A stretch of DNA of 64,000 nt from an uncultured cyanobacterium (GTDB taxonomy: Bacteria > Cyanobacteriota > Cyanobacteriia > Cyanobacteriales > Cyanobacteriaceae), in the NCBI GenBank assembly GCA_963749915.1, contig CAVVOP010000027.1, positions 32,001 to 96,000 of the forward strand. The letters run 5' to 3'. A program made the position numbers and the translations under genes. The notes under the pieces are model-generated. The model saw only the letters and a list, made by a program, of their open reading frames with translations. It was not told the origin of the DNA and searched no databases. This document shows positions 30,601 through 40,929 of the stretch, in pieces (positions within the stretch are counted from its first letter, which is position 1; each line of letters starts with the position of its first letter).

Positions 30601-33227
30601 CAGCCTGACCAGAGCTAGATGCAGAAGTATTTAATTCGTTAATATTGATACTGCCACTAGTAGCTTCAAGGCTAATTGAACCACTATCTCCTATTGGTTG
30701 AATCGATTCGACAACATTAGCTTCTACAGCTTCCACTCCCGTAAGATTAATCCTATAGCTTCCCTGTTCAGGATTCTTAATCCATCCACTTAGAGGCAAA
30801 AGACCACCATCCCCAGTGGGGGCTTTGATGGCTTCAAAACCCGCTTCAAAACTGCTAGGAAAAATTTCGCCCCCTGAACTTACTGCATTATCACCAAAAG
30901 TACCAATTCCTAAATAATAGACTCCTGGTTCTGTTGGGGTTAGGACATCACCCGCAGGTAGAGTAGCTTGAAAGCAATTGCATCCAGCTTGGTCCTCATT
31001 GGCATAAACGCCCAAACCATCTGCATTAAAGAGGAATAATTGAGTATCTAACGTCGTTTCTGGATTGACAGTAGTAGCAGAGAAAGTTACCTCTCCTGTC
31101 AGATAAATTTGAAACAGGTCAACATCTTCAACGTTAGAGAGATTCCCAGAGATACTCTCTAGTGCTCCTCCTGGACTGTTACTGACAAATAGGGCAGTTT
31201 CAATTAACTCACCTGCATCACCGACAACAAGCACGGAAGTATCAATATTGCCAATGGTCAAACTTGCCCCAGAAATGGCAATATCTCGTCCATTCGTGAA
31301 AATGGTATCGGCGACATTATCCTCCATGACAAAATCACCCACACCATCCCTATCTGCATCGGCACTGAAGACAATTACCCCCGCACCAGTAGCTAACTCC
31401 AACCCATCATCACTTAAATCTTGCAACGTAATATCATTAGTCGCCTGGAGAACAATATTGGTATTCCCAGATAATCCCTCTAACTCTGACTCGTAAATAG
31501 TGGTCGGTGCTGTATCCTCTATCTCACTTAGGGATGCAGTTAAAATCGAACCCTCTACCCCAGAATTATTCCCCGCAAAGCTATCGGTACCATCTCCCGC
31601 TTCATCGCCCCTGCCATCAGCAATGGTAATATTGGTCGGATCGAGTAATAAAATTCCTGGCAATCCATTCACCGCACTGGTATTCACATTGCCTCGAAAT
31701 ATCAGGTGTTCCTTACCAGATACCTCCACTAAGCCGCCATTACCTGAATCTATCCCTCCTCTAGCACTGATATTGCCATAAAATCCTGTAACTTCATCTG
31801 CCCAGACAATGACTTTGCCCCCATTGCCATTAGTCAGGGCATCGGCATTGATGGTAACGTTATCACCTACATAGGTCCGCTTGGCATTGGGAACCACACC
31901 CCTACCCTGAAAATCTCCGCCAATTAGGACAGTTCCTCCACCAGCAGGAGCAGAAACATCAATGGTAGCATCTTCCAGTAGGGCCACCGTTTCTGTACCC
32001 AGTACCTCTACCCTTCCTGCTGGTGCTGTCAGGTTCCCTGTAGTTGCCACATTGCTTCCGGAAAGGCTCAGAGTTTGTCTGGAAGCTACGGCTAAGTCGG
32101 CCGCGTTGTTGATGGCCCCTTGCTCTCCTTCAAACCGCAAGCTCATTGGCTGTTGTCCATTTACTGTCAGCAAAGGAGGCTACATCAGGATTAGTGGCAC
32201 TAAACTCACTGCCATCCGCAAAAGTAAAACTATTGGCTGTGGTACCAATAAAAGAACCACTCAAATCCAAACTGGCATTTGGTCCCAACAGGATGCCATT
32301 GGGATTGAGGAAAAAGAGATTAGCATTGCCCAACACCCCCAAAGTGCCCAGAATCTCTGAAGTATTATCGCCCGTTACCCGTGCGAGTATATTCTCAATG
32401 CCTACAGGATTGGCGAAATATACCCCTTTGCCTGTTTCAATATTAAATTCGAGGAAGCTATGGAATAAGTTTACTCCTCTTTCTGCTCCACCGATTACCC
32501 TGTCGTTATTCTCATTCATGGTTTCGATTTGGGTGTTTTCGGTGCCGAGGGTGGTGTCGGGTTGTAAACTAGGTTTTAATCCCCCCTCTAACTTAACTAT
32601 TCCCCCAGGTGCGGTAAGATTCCCCTTATTTACCACTTTATCCGCCATCAGGATGATATTCTGCCCATCCCTTACTACCAAACTCGCCCGATTCTCAATT
32701 TGACCTTGAGCATTACGAAACAAAGCCTCTGGCTTCACACTCAGCAGACTACTCCCTTGCGTATCCGCGGCACTAAAAACCCCGTCCTCTCCTAACTGAA
32801 TATCTCCCGTTGTAGCGGTAAAAGAACCATTCAAGTCTAATTTAGCACCATTGCCAAACATAAACCCATTAGGATTAATCAGAAACAGATTTCCATTCCC
32901 ATTCACCCCCAAAGTGCCGAGAATCTGCGAAATATTTTCCCCCGTCACCCTAGTCAGAATATTATTTACACCATCGGGGTTGACAAAATAGACACTTTGC
33001 CCATTACCCACATTAAATTCTTGAAAACTATGGAACAGATTTTCCCCCCTAACGGCACCTCCTTCAATTAAAGACTTAAGTTGATTAAGCTGATTAACTA
33101 CCGAACTTTCGTCTCCCAGGGAAGAATCAGGAGTAATTTGTGCTGATACCTTCTGAATGGGTAAAAAGGTGACGGTAAAAGGAATTAGGGATATGAGAAT
33201 CGAAGAAAAGGCAGATTTAAAAGACAA
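27692..33227 (-). pseudogene. Filamentous haemagglutinin-family (TpsA) exoprotein split by a frameshift
   Basis: The 32130-33227 ORF has a signal peptide and TPS motifs (NLFHSF, NILTRVTG, LINPNG) and breaks at FSATNPDV. The 27692-32173 ORF resumes at LLTVN and carries beta-helix repeats plus SDITANA...GRGG. Confidence 0.8.
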
Positions 33228-33397
33228 GGAACTTATTGAGCATAAGAGTTAGCAGGAACCTATTGCACCATTTTAGCATGATGATCTTGTTCCTAAATGA
33301 TCATAAAACCCAATTAATTTTTGATTGATATCCAGCTCAAATTACCAGAAATTAATTTATCGCACCATCAGACGTGGTGACTGTATTGTCCCTAAAA

Positions 33398-34183
33398 TCA
33401 AGACTCTAACTCTTGACCCTTTGGGCGAAATAAATGAGTATGCTCAGGATGATACAAACGGGAGCGAAAGTCATAATCTGATAATTTTTTTAAAGCTGGA
33501 CTGATAATATACATAGTCGTACGAATTAAATCATTAGTCTCCGTGGCGATCGCCATTTCCGTTAAAGGCACAATGATAATTTTTTCATCTTCCCAACCCA
33601 CCCGATAACATATCGCTACGGGAGTATCAGCAGGATAATGTAGTAATAAATCCTTTTGAGCTTTCCTGACGTGACGAGCGGCTAAATATAAGCACAGACT
33701 AGCCTGATGTGCAGCCAAACCCTTCAATTCCTCTTTTTCTGGAACAGGGGACGCGCTACCACTGACTCTCGTTAAAATAATGGTTTGCACTAACTCAGGG
33801 ATGGTTAATTCACTGCTAATTTTCGCCGCCGCCGCCTGATAAGCACTAATACCAGGGATCAGCTCAAAGGGAATATTTGCCTCTCCTAATTGCCTCATTT
33901 GCTCATGAATGGCACTGTAAAGACATAAATCCCCTGATTGAAGTCTAACCACTATCAATCCCTCTTTAACCTTGTCAATCATTAAAGGGATAATTTTTTC
34001 TAAGGTTTGATTACCCGTTGCAATTAATTGAGTATCTTGTTTAACATCCCTTAAAATTTGCTTAGGCACTAAAGAATCAGCGTAGAAGATAACATCGGCA
34101 CACTGTAAAATTTTGTAAGCCTTGACCGTCAATAAATCAGGATCTCCGGGCCCTGCACCGATAAAATAAACAGCAGATTTCAT
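33398..34183 (-). CDS. cobM: Precorrin-4 C11-methyltransferase
   Basis: VYFIGAGPGDPDLLTVK, RLQSGD, ELTIPELVQTIILTR, RSRLYHP. Confidence 0.93.
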   Translation of the reverse strand: MKSAVYFIGAGPGDPDLLTVKAYKILQCADVIFYADSLVPKQILRDVKQDTQLIATGNQTLEKIIPLMIDKVKEGLIVVRLQSGDLCLYSAIHEQMRQLGEANIPFELIPGISAYQAAAAKISSELTIPELVQTIILTRVSGSASPVPEKEELKGLAAHQASLCLYLAARHVRKAQKDLLLHYPADTPVAICYRVGWEDEKIIIVPLTEMAIATETNDLIRTTMYIISPALKKLSDYDFRSRLYHPEHTHLFRPKGQELES

Positions 34184-34466
34184 TTAAGCAAGGGAATAGA
34201 TAACAGTTACTAATTATTGATTGTTAATTGTCAATGGTCAATGATCAATTGCTAATAACTCTTTCACATTTTGTTACAATCATTTATGATTAGTGAATGA
34301 AAGACAAAAAATAAATGTCTATCAAAAGAAATTTAGTGCCTAGAAGCATTATAAATTCTAAAAGCCAGTGTTGTTCGCTCGAAACTACACTTAATCCCTC
34401 TCAGAATCATACTTGATAGAAAACCCAATGGATTCTGACCCGTTTAACAAATATAGAAACTAGATT

Positions 34467-36560
34467 ATGAAAAAAGACCTGAGAAAATATAGAAATATAG
34501 GCATTTTTGCTCACGTTGATGCTGGTAAAACTACTACCACCGAAAGAATCCTTAAATTAACTGGTAAAATTCACAAAATTGGTGAAGTGCATGAGGGTGC
34601 GGCAACAACCGACTTCATGGAACAAGAACAAGAAAGAGGTATTACAATTCAATCAGCGGCAACAAGCTGTTTTTGGAAAGATTATCAATTTAATATTATT
34701 GATACACCCGGACACGTTGACTTTACCATCGAAGTATATCGCTCCTTAAAAGTACTTGATGGTGGGATAGGTGTATTTTGTGGATCTGGCGGGGTAGAAC
34801 CCCAATCAGAGACAAACTGGCGTTATGCTAACGATTCTAAAGTAGCTCGTCTTATCTATGTCAATAAATTAGATCGTACTGGTGCTGATTTTTTCCGAGT
34901 TGTTAAACAAGTTAAAGATATTTTAGCGGCTACTCCTTTAGTAATGGTTTTGCCTATTGGGGTTGAAACCGAATTTAAAGGGGTTGTAGATCTTCTCACC
35001 CGTAAAGCATGGATTTGGGACGATTCTGGAGACCCCATGAACTACACCATTCAAGAGGTACCCGAGGACATGAAAGAGGATGTGGAGTTATACCGTGAAC
35101 AGTTGATAGAGACTGCCGTAGAACAAGACAACGACTTAATGGAAAAATATCTTGAAGGAGAAGAAATTGTGGTTGATGATATAAAGCGTTGTATCCGTAA
35201 AGGTACCCGTGATCTAGCTTTCTTTCCTACCTATTGTGGTTCTTCCTTCAAAAATAAAGGGGTACAATTAGTTTTAGATGCAGTAATTGACTACTTACCT
35301 GATCCCACGGAAGTTAATCCTCAACCTGAAGTAGATTTAGAAGGTCACGAAACCGGAACCTATGCCATCGTTGATCCTGAAAAACCTTTACGTGCCCTGG
35401 CTTTCAAGATTATGGATGATCGCTATGGTGCTTTAACTTTCACTCGTATTTACTCAGGAGTTTTAAGTAAAGGGATGACAGTTTTAAATACTGCCACCGG
35501 TAAAAATGAGCGTATTGGTCGTTTAGTGGAAATGCACGCCAATGATCGTATTGAGATTGAAATGGCCCAAGCAGGAGATATTGTCGCCATCGTGGGGATG
35601 AAAAATGTACAAACTGGGCATACTCTTTGCGATCCGAATCAACCTGCAACCCTTGAACCGATGGTCTTCCCTGATCCTGTCATCTCCATCGCCATTAAAC
35701 CGAAACAAAAAGGTGGGAACGAGAAAATGGGTATGGCTTTAAGTAAAATGGTACAAGAAGATCCCTCTTTCTATGTTGAAACCGATCAAGAAAGTGGCGA
35801 AACCATTATTAAAGGAATGGGTGAATTACACCTCGACATTAAAGTTGACATCCTCAAACGTACTCATGGTGTGGAAGTAGAAGTGGGCAAACCTCAGGTG
35901 GCTTATCGTGAGTCTATCACAAAAGTAATTAACGATAGCTATACTCACAAAAAACAATCCGGTGGATCTGGCCAATTTGGACGTATCGACTACACTATCG
36001 AACCTGGCGAACCCGGAAGCGGTTTCCAATTTGAATCGAAAGTTACCGGTGGCAATGTCCCCCGTGAATTTTGGCCTGCCGTTAACAAAGGTTTTGAAGC
36101 GAGTATTGTTAAAGGTGTCTTAGCTGGTTTCCCTTGTGTGGATTTAAAAATTACCTTAACTGATGGTGCATTTCACCCCGTTGACTCTAGTGCGATCGCC
36201 TTTGAAATTGCTGCCAGAGCGGGTTATCGTCAATCTATCCCCAAAGCAGGTCCTCAATTATTAGAGCCGATTATGAATGTGGATGTATTTACCCCTGAAG
36301 ATCACATTGGGGATGTTATCGGTGATTTAAACCGCCGTCGTGGCATGATCAAATCTCAAAACACCACTCCTATGGGGGTGAGAATCAAAGCCGAAGCACC
36401 CCTAAGTGAAATGTTCGGTTATATCGGTGACTTAAGAACTATGACTTCAGGACGTGGTCAATTTTCCATGGAATTTGATCACTATGCACCTTGTCCCAAG
36501 AATGTAGCGGAGGAAGTTATCAAAGAAGTTAAAGAGCGGGAATTAGCTGCCGCCAAGTAG
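34467..36560 (+). CDS. fusA: Elongation factor G, stand-alone paralog outside the str operon
   Basis: [42 protein letters not shown]; no rpsL/rpsG/tuf neighbours. Confidence 0.93.
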   Translation: MKKDLRKYRNIGIFAHVDAGKTTTTERILKLTGKIHKIGEVHEGAATTDFMEQEQERGITIQSAATSCFWKDYQFNIIDTPGHVDFTIEVYRSLKVLDGGIGVFCGSGGVEPQSETNWRYANDSKVARLIYVNKLDRTGADFFRVVKQVKDILAATPLVMVLPIGVETEFKGVVDLLTRKAWIWDDSGDPMNYTIQEVPEDMKEDVELYREQLIETAVEQDNDLMEKYLEGEEIVVDDIKRCIRKGTRDLAFFPTYCGSSFKNKGVQLVLDAVIDYLPDPTEVNPQPEVDLEGHETGTYAIVDPEKPLRALAFKIMDDRYGALTFTRIYSGVLSKGMTVLNTATGKNERIGRLVEMHANDRIEIEMAQAGDIVAIVGMKNVQTGHTLCDPNQPATLEPMVFPDPVISIAIKPKQKGGNEKMGMALSKMVQEDPSFYVETDQESGETIIKGMGELHLDIKVDILKRTHGVEVEVGKPQVAYRESITKVINDSYTHKKQSGGSGQFGRIDYTIEPGEPGSGFQFESKVTGGNVPREFWPAVNKGFEASIVKGVLAGFPCVDLKITLTDGAFHPVDSSAIAFEIAARAGYRQSIPKAGPQLLEPIMNVDVFTPEDHIGDVIGDLNRRRGMIKSQNTTPMGVRIKAEAPLSEMFGYIGDLRTMTSGRGQFSMEFDHYAPCPKNVAEEVIKEVKERELAAAK

Positions 36561-36705
36561 GGGATAGCTCACGAGAGCAGGTTTTTTATAATATTGGGGA
36601 GATTAGGAGGTTATTATATTGTTAATTTCTCCTAACTCTCAACTCGTTTAGGGGTTAACCGAACCGTCGGGCATAATTGTGCCCCTAAAAGTTTGCTGTT
36701 TTTAA

Positions 36706-36880
36706 GAAAAAAGTAAATTAATTTTGTGAACTACCTACACTGAATCAGAGATTACAGTGTAGGCTTCCTGCCCAGAAACCAGCGTGGTAGTGGATTTCTT
36801 CCGTCCTCCCTTACTCCGTCTTACAGTTTGGCGACAGGCTTTTTCCCCCGTTCCAGAGGTCTTTAATATTCGTAGTCCTT
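36706..36880 (-). ncRNA. Predicted omega/reRNA scaffold plus flanking guide for TnpB
   Basis: GC-richer 3' end of tnpB, right-end hairpin ending in TTCAC; boundaries inferred from general TnpB architecture. Confidence 0.55.
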
Positions 36881-38116
36881 CGTCTCGGATATTAATTGCC
36901 GCATTTATATCCCGATCATGTCTTGTCTTACACTTTGGGCATTGCCAATATCTTATTTCCAAAGGCAAACTTCCTACCTGATTTAAGCAAACATGACAGG
37001 TTTTTGAACTAGGGAAAAATCTATCCACTTCCAAATATACTTTCCCTTCTTGTTCGGCTTTATATTTAAGCATAGTGCAAAACATTCCCCAACCTACTTG
37101 TTGTATAGATTTAGCTAGGCAATGATTTTTGACCATCCCTTTTATATTAAGGTTTTCTAGCACTATAACTTGGTTGTCGTTTACTATCCTACGAGATAGC
37201 TTATGCAGAAAGTCCTCACGGCAATTAGTGTTTTTTTTATGTAATAAAGCAACTTTTAGTCTTGCTTTATGACGGTTGTTTGACCCTTTCTGTTTACGAG
37301 ACAATTGTTGCTGTTTTTTCTTTAAGTTCTTCTCATGTTTATTTAGTATTTTTGGATTATCAAATTTACTCCCGTCACTGGTAATGGCAAAATGGTTTAA
37401 TCCCAAGTCAATTCCTACAGCTTTACCTTCTGAAGATAATTGAGGTTTCTGTTTCCCATCTTCAAAAAGAATAGATGCAAAGTATTGATGACAGCAATTC
37501 TTAGTAATTGTGACTGTTTTAATTTTCCCTTCTATAGGGCGATGAAATTTAGTATAAATCAAGCCTATTTTGGGAACTTTTAAACAATTATTTTCTATCT
37601 TTATATTTGCAGGATATTGTAAAGATTGTTTACCATGTTTACTTTTAAAGTTTGGGTATTTAGCCCGTCTTTCAAAGAAATTATTAAAGGCTACTCCGAG
37701 ATTCAAACAGACTTGCTGTAAACAGGAAGAATAAGTATCAGATAACCAAGCTGTTTCTTCCTGTTTCTTTAATTGAGGTAATAGCTTTTTAACATCATAT
37801 CCAGACAAACCTTTACCTGTTTCTTTGTATGTTTCGTTCATCAAATTCAGAAAATGATTCCAAACCCACCGACAACTACCAAAGGCTTTTGCCAGTGTTA
37901 GTTTTTGAGATGAATCGGGATAAATTCTGACTTTAACGACTTTTAACATTTTAAGATAATGTTAGAGAGAACTTGATTTGCTATAAAGTATCTTAGCATA
38001 AATTTTTGAATTTGTGTGGACTCCCTACGGTCGATTTTATTGGTTGATCAAAATTCATCCCACGCCGAAACCTAGTTGTTTTTTTATCGTGTTTACGGCG
38101 TGGGGCTTCTTTTGAC
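36726..38116 (-). mobile_element. IS200/IS605-family element carrying only tnpB
   Basis: Left-end hairpin CCCACGCCG...CGGCGTGGG (38059-38104); right-end hairpin CCTACACTG...CAGTGTAGG followed by TAGTTCAC; no tnpA. The left boundary is approximate. Confidence 0.8.
36735..37949 (-). CDS. tnpB: RNA-guided endonuclease TnpB
   Basis: KVRIYP...FGSCRWVWN HTH, RuvC motifs VGIDLG / IVLENL / HDRDINAA, zinc finger CHVC...CPKC. Confidence 0.95.
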   Translation of the reverse strand: MLKVVKVRIYPDSSQKLTLAKAFGSCRWVWNHFLNLMNETYKETGKGLSGYDVKKLLPQLKKQEETAWLSDTYSSCLQQVCLNLGVAFNNFFERRAKYPNFKSKHGKQSLQYPANIKIENNCLKVPKIGLIYTKFHRPIEGKIKTVTITKNCCHQYFASILFEDGKQKPQLSSEGKAVGIDLGLNHFAITSDGSKFDNPKILNKHEKNLKKKQQQLSRKQKGSNNRHKARLKVALLHKKNTNCREDFLHKLSRRIVNDNQVIVLENLNIKGMVKNHCLAKSIQQVGWGMFCTMLKYKAEQEGKVYLEVDRFFPSSKTCHVCLNQVGSLPLEIRYWQCPKCKTRHDRDINAAINIRDEGLRILKTSGTGEKACRQTVRRSKGGRKKSTTTLVSGQEAYTVISDSV

Positions 38117-38118
38117 AT

Positions 38119-38433
38119 TTAAGCTAAGGGTTTACTTAGTAATAAATCTAGTCTATTTTCTTGCTCGAGCTGGTATAAATCATCGCAACCGCCCATATGT
38201 TGATCATTAATAAATATTTGAGGCAGAGTTTTCCTGCCATTTGCCCGTTGTGCCATTAATTTTCTAGCATTATTATCTCCATCTATTTTATATTCTTGAA
38301 ATTTGCATCCCTTAAGCCATAACAATAATTTTGCTTTGATACAATAGGGGCAAGTTTGCCATGTATAAATCTCTATTTTTGCGTTTACGTCTGTGACTTT
38401 TTGTCCGAATATTCGACTAATTATATTTAACAT
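38119..38433 (-). CDS. grxC: Glutaredoxin 3
   Basis: TCPYC, TLPQIFIND, GGCDDL. Confidence 0.93.
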   Translation of the reverse strand: MLNIISRIFGQKVTDVNAKIEIYTWQTCPYCIKAKLLLWLKGCKFQEYKIDGDNNARKLMAQRANGRKTLPQIFINDQHMGGCDDLYQLEQENRLDLLLSKPLA

Positions 38434-38514
38434 TTTAGTTCCTACAAATAATTTTTAATAATTTGAGTTTATTTAAACTGATTACTGTCAGATAAGTTGG
38501 CTGAGAATTTACGG

Positions 38515-39531
38515 TTAATCTTTATTTGTCAATGGTTTTATTTTAATTTTGGCAAGGCATAATATAAACTTTTCTTTGGAAAAAAAAAGATTTATTTGTT
38601 CTCTTTGATTAATTAAATAAATGCTAATTAAAGTTAAACATGCCCCTTGCCATTGTAATTCAGAAAGTTTTTCTTCTAGTAATAAATTACCAAAACTGAG
38701 GGCAAAAACGGGGGTTAAAAAGGTTAGAGCACTTAAACTGGTTAAATTCCCTTTAGAAGCTAAGAAAAAGAATAATCCGTAAGCGATCGCACTACCGAAA
38801 ATTGTCGCGTAGGCAATGGATAACCAAGCCGAAAAATCCAGATTAACCCATTGAGAAGTCTCAAATTGAAAACTGAGAATCAATAAGGCGAATCCTCCTA
38901 TCAGTAAATGCCATCCGGTAGCCACCACTGGATCAACATGACGAGATATAAAAGGTATCATAACAGTACCGCCAGCCATGGATAAAGAGGCAAGTAACAT
39001 TAACCATTGTCCATTATCAAATAACCCTTGCCAACTAAAGTCTAAACTCGTAAAGTCACCCTGCCACCAATTAATAATCCACTCATCGGGTAAGCCAATT
39101 AAACTAATGCCAATAATGCCCACAATTAAGCCTAACCATCCCCAAAAACCGATAATCTCCTTAAACAGCCAACGAGATAAAATCGCCACAGCTAAAGGCT
39201 GAGAATCAATCATCACCGAACCCAAACCCGCACCAGTGCGCACTAAACCCTCACCGAGAAATCCTTGAAACATAAAACCATCCACAAGGGAAAATAAGCC
39301 AATCCATAACCATCCTAGCCACGTTATCCGTCGATATTTACCGAGAAGAATGGCTACTAATAAAACTAAAATCCCCGCCGGAAATATCCTGATTCCTGCC
39401 ATAAATAGAGGTGTTGTCTGATGGATTACTCCTTTCATCGCTACCATAGCCGTGCCCCAAAGAAAAAAAGGCACGATTAAGATAATAGTTGTTAAAAAAG
39501 ATGAATTGTAATTAAATTTTGACTGCATCAA
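38515..39531 (-). CDS. DMT/EamA family transporter
   Basis: PFFLWGTAMVAMK, GAGLGSVMIDSQP, LSALTFLTPVFA; about 10 TM helices. Confidence 0.9.
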   Translation of the reverse strand: MMQSKFNYNSSFLTTIILIVPFFLWGTAMVAMKGVIHQTTPLFMAGIRIFPAGILVLLVAILLGKYRRITWLGWLWIGLFSLVDGFMFQGFLGEGLVRTGAGLGSVMIDSQPLAVAILSRWLFKEIIGFWGWLGLIVGIIGISLIGLPDEWIINWWQGDFTSLDFSWQGLFDNGQWLMLLASLSMAGGTVMIPFISRHVDPVVATGWHLLIGGFALLILSFQFETSQWVNLDFSAWLSIAYATIFGSAIAYGLFFFLASKGNLTSLSALTFLTPVFALSFGNLLLEEKLSELQWQGACLTLISIYLINQREQINLFFSKEKFILCLAKIKIKPLTNKD

Positions 39532-39681
39532 TGGTTAATATTGCCAAGGGTCGTCTATTTGTTATATTTCTTCATCTTAATTTAACTTGAGTTAAATCTG
39601 ATTTCTTTTTTTGCAATCATAAATTTTAGTGTTTCTTAAAAGCATTGGGATACAATTCGAGAAATTTTTTTGTAAAAAACC

Positions 39682-39709
39682 TTGACAATTTTTTTTTTTG
39701 AGAGACAAT
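39682..39709 (+). promoter_or_regulatory. Probable sigma70 promoter of tRNA-Gly
   Basis: TTGACA-N16-GACAAT just upstream of the tRNA. Confidence 0.5.
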
Positions 39710-39725
39710 GTTAGATGTACCAATT

Positions 39726-39797
39726 GCGGGTATAGCTCAGTGGTAGAGCGTCACCTTGCCAAGGTGAATGTCGCGCGTTCGAATCGCGTTACCCGCT
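39726..39797 (+). tRNA. tRNA-Gly (GCC)
   Basis: GCGGGTA/TACCCGC acceptor stem, CACCT-TGCCA-AGGTG anticodon arm, GTTCGAATC T-loop. Confidence 0.97.
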
Positions 39798-39858
39798 TTC
39801 TTAAAAATTATAATGTGTTAGCTACAACTCACAAACACTAAAAAATGGATTTTAGATA

Positions 39859-40758
39859 ATGAATATAAGTAGTGCTTTGCCGACTTTTGTGGTAACTCTT
39901 AGGGAAGGTTTTGAAGCAGCTTTAGTGGTAGGGATTGTCTTTGCTTGTTTACAGAAAGCACAAAAACCGGGATATTATCCTTGGATTTATTCAGGTGTTA
40001 TGGTGGGGATATTCGCTAGTGTCTCGGTGGGTTTTTTTCTGTGGAATAGTTTACAACAGATAGACTCTAGCCAGTACTATTATGCTCCTGTTTTGAAACA
40101 ACTATTAAAAACTTTATTTGCGGTTATGGCCATCGCTATGTTGAGTTGGATGTTAGTTTGGATGAGTAAACAGGCTAAATCTCTTAAGGGTGAAGTGGAG
40201 GGTGCAATTAATAACGTCTTGAGCAATGAAAATGCTGGTACAAATATTTTTTTATTAGTTTTTATCGCCGTTTTACGAGAAGGTTTTGAAACGGTTTTAT
40301 TTATGGCAGCCAAATTTCAATCTGATTCCGTTAGTCCTACCATTGGGGCGATCGCCGGATTAGTATTAGCAGGGTTAATGGGATGGGCATTATTTTATTG
40401 GGGAATAAAAATAAATATCGGTTTGTTCTTCAAAATTATGGGAGTTTTTCTCTTATTAATTGTGGCAGGTTTAGTTATTAGTGCCTTAAAAAACTTAGAT
40501 GGTGCCGTGACAATTCTCAGTCAGATTAACTCTACTTATCAAGGTATCTGTTTATTTAATCAAGGCTCTTGTCTGTTAGGAATAACGGTTTGGAATACTA
40601 GTGATTTTTTACCAGATAGTCAATTCCCCGGAATACTATTAAAAACCTTATTTGGCTATCGAGATCATATCTACTTAGTACAGTTAATCTTTTATTTGTT
40701 ATTTTTATTTATTGTGGGTAATTTATATTTTTCTAGTTTGAAATCTAATAGTAATTAG
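39859..40758 (+). CDS. FTR1/EfeU family iron permease
   Basis: Two REGFE motifs (LREGFEA, LREGFET); TM helices. Confidence 0.92.
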   Translation: MNISSALPTFVVTLREGFEAALVVGIVFACLQKAQKPGYYPWIYSGVMVGIFASVSVGFFLWNSLQQIDSSQYYYAPVLKQLLKTLFAVMAIAMLSWMLVWMSKQAKSLKGEVEGAINNVLSNENAGTNIFLLVFIAVLREGFETVLFMAAKFQSDSVSPTIGAIAGLVLAGLMGWALFYWGIKINIGLFFKIMGVFLLLIVAGLVISALKNLDGAVTILSQINSTYQGICLFNQGSCLLGITVWNTSDFLPDSQFPGILLKTLFGYRDHIYLVQLIFYLLFLFIVGNLYFSSLKSNSN

Positions 40759-40929
40759 AATACTATGCTTTACCGTTAAGTCTTACAAACCTTACCAGAA
40801 GATGATTTTGCTAACAGGCAAGTAAGTTTGAGTAATATTAGATAAACGTCTTATTCCCTTCCAAGACATTGATTAAGAGTTTGAGACTATTTTCTTATAT
40901 CGAACTCAGCTAAATCGACAAGACTCAAA

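Noticed and set aside
27972..32703. Plus-strand ORFs opposite the FHA-like gene
   Set aside because: Antisense shadows of Gly/Asn/Thr-rich beta-helix codons.
39726..39860. tRNA-Gly as an integration site
   Set aside because: No integrase and no duplicated tRNA 3' end seen nearby.
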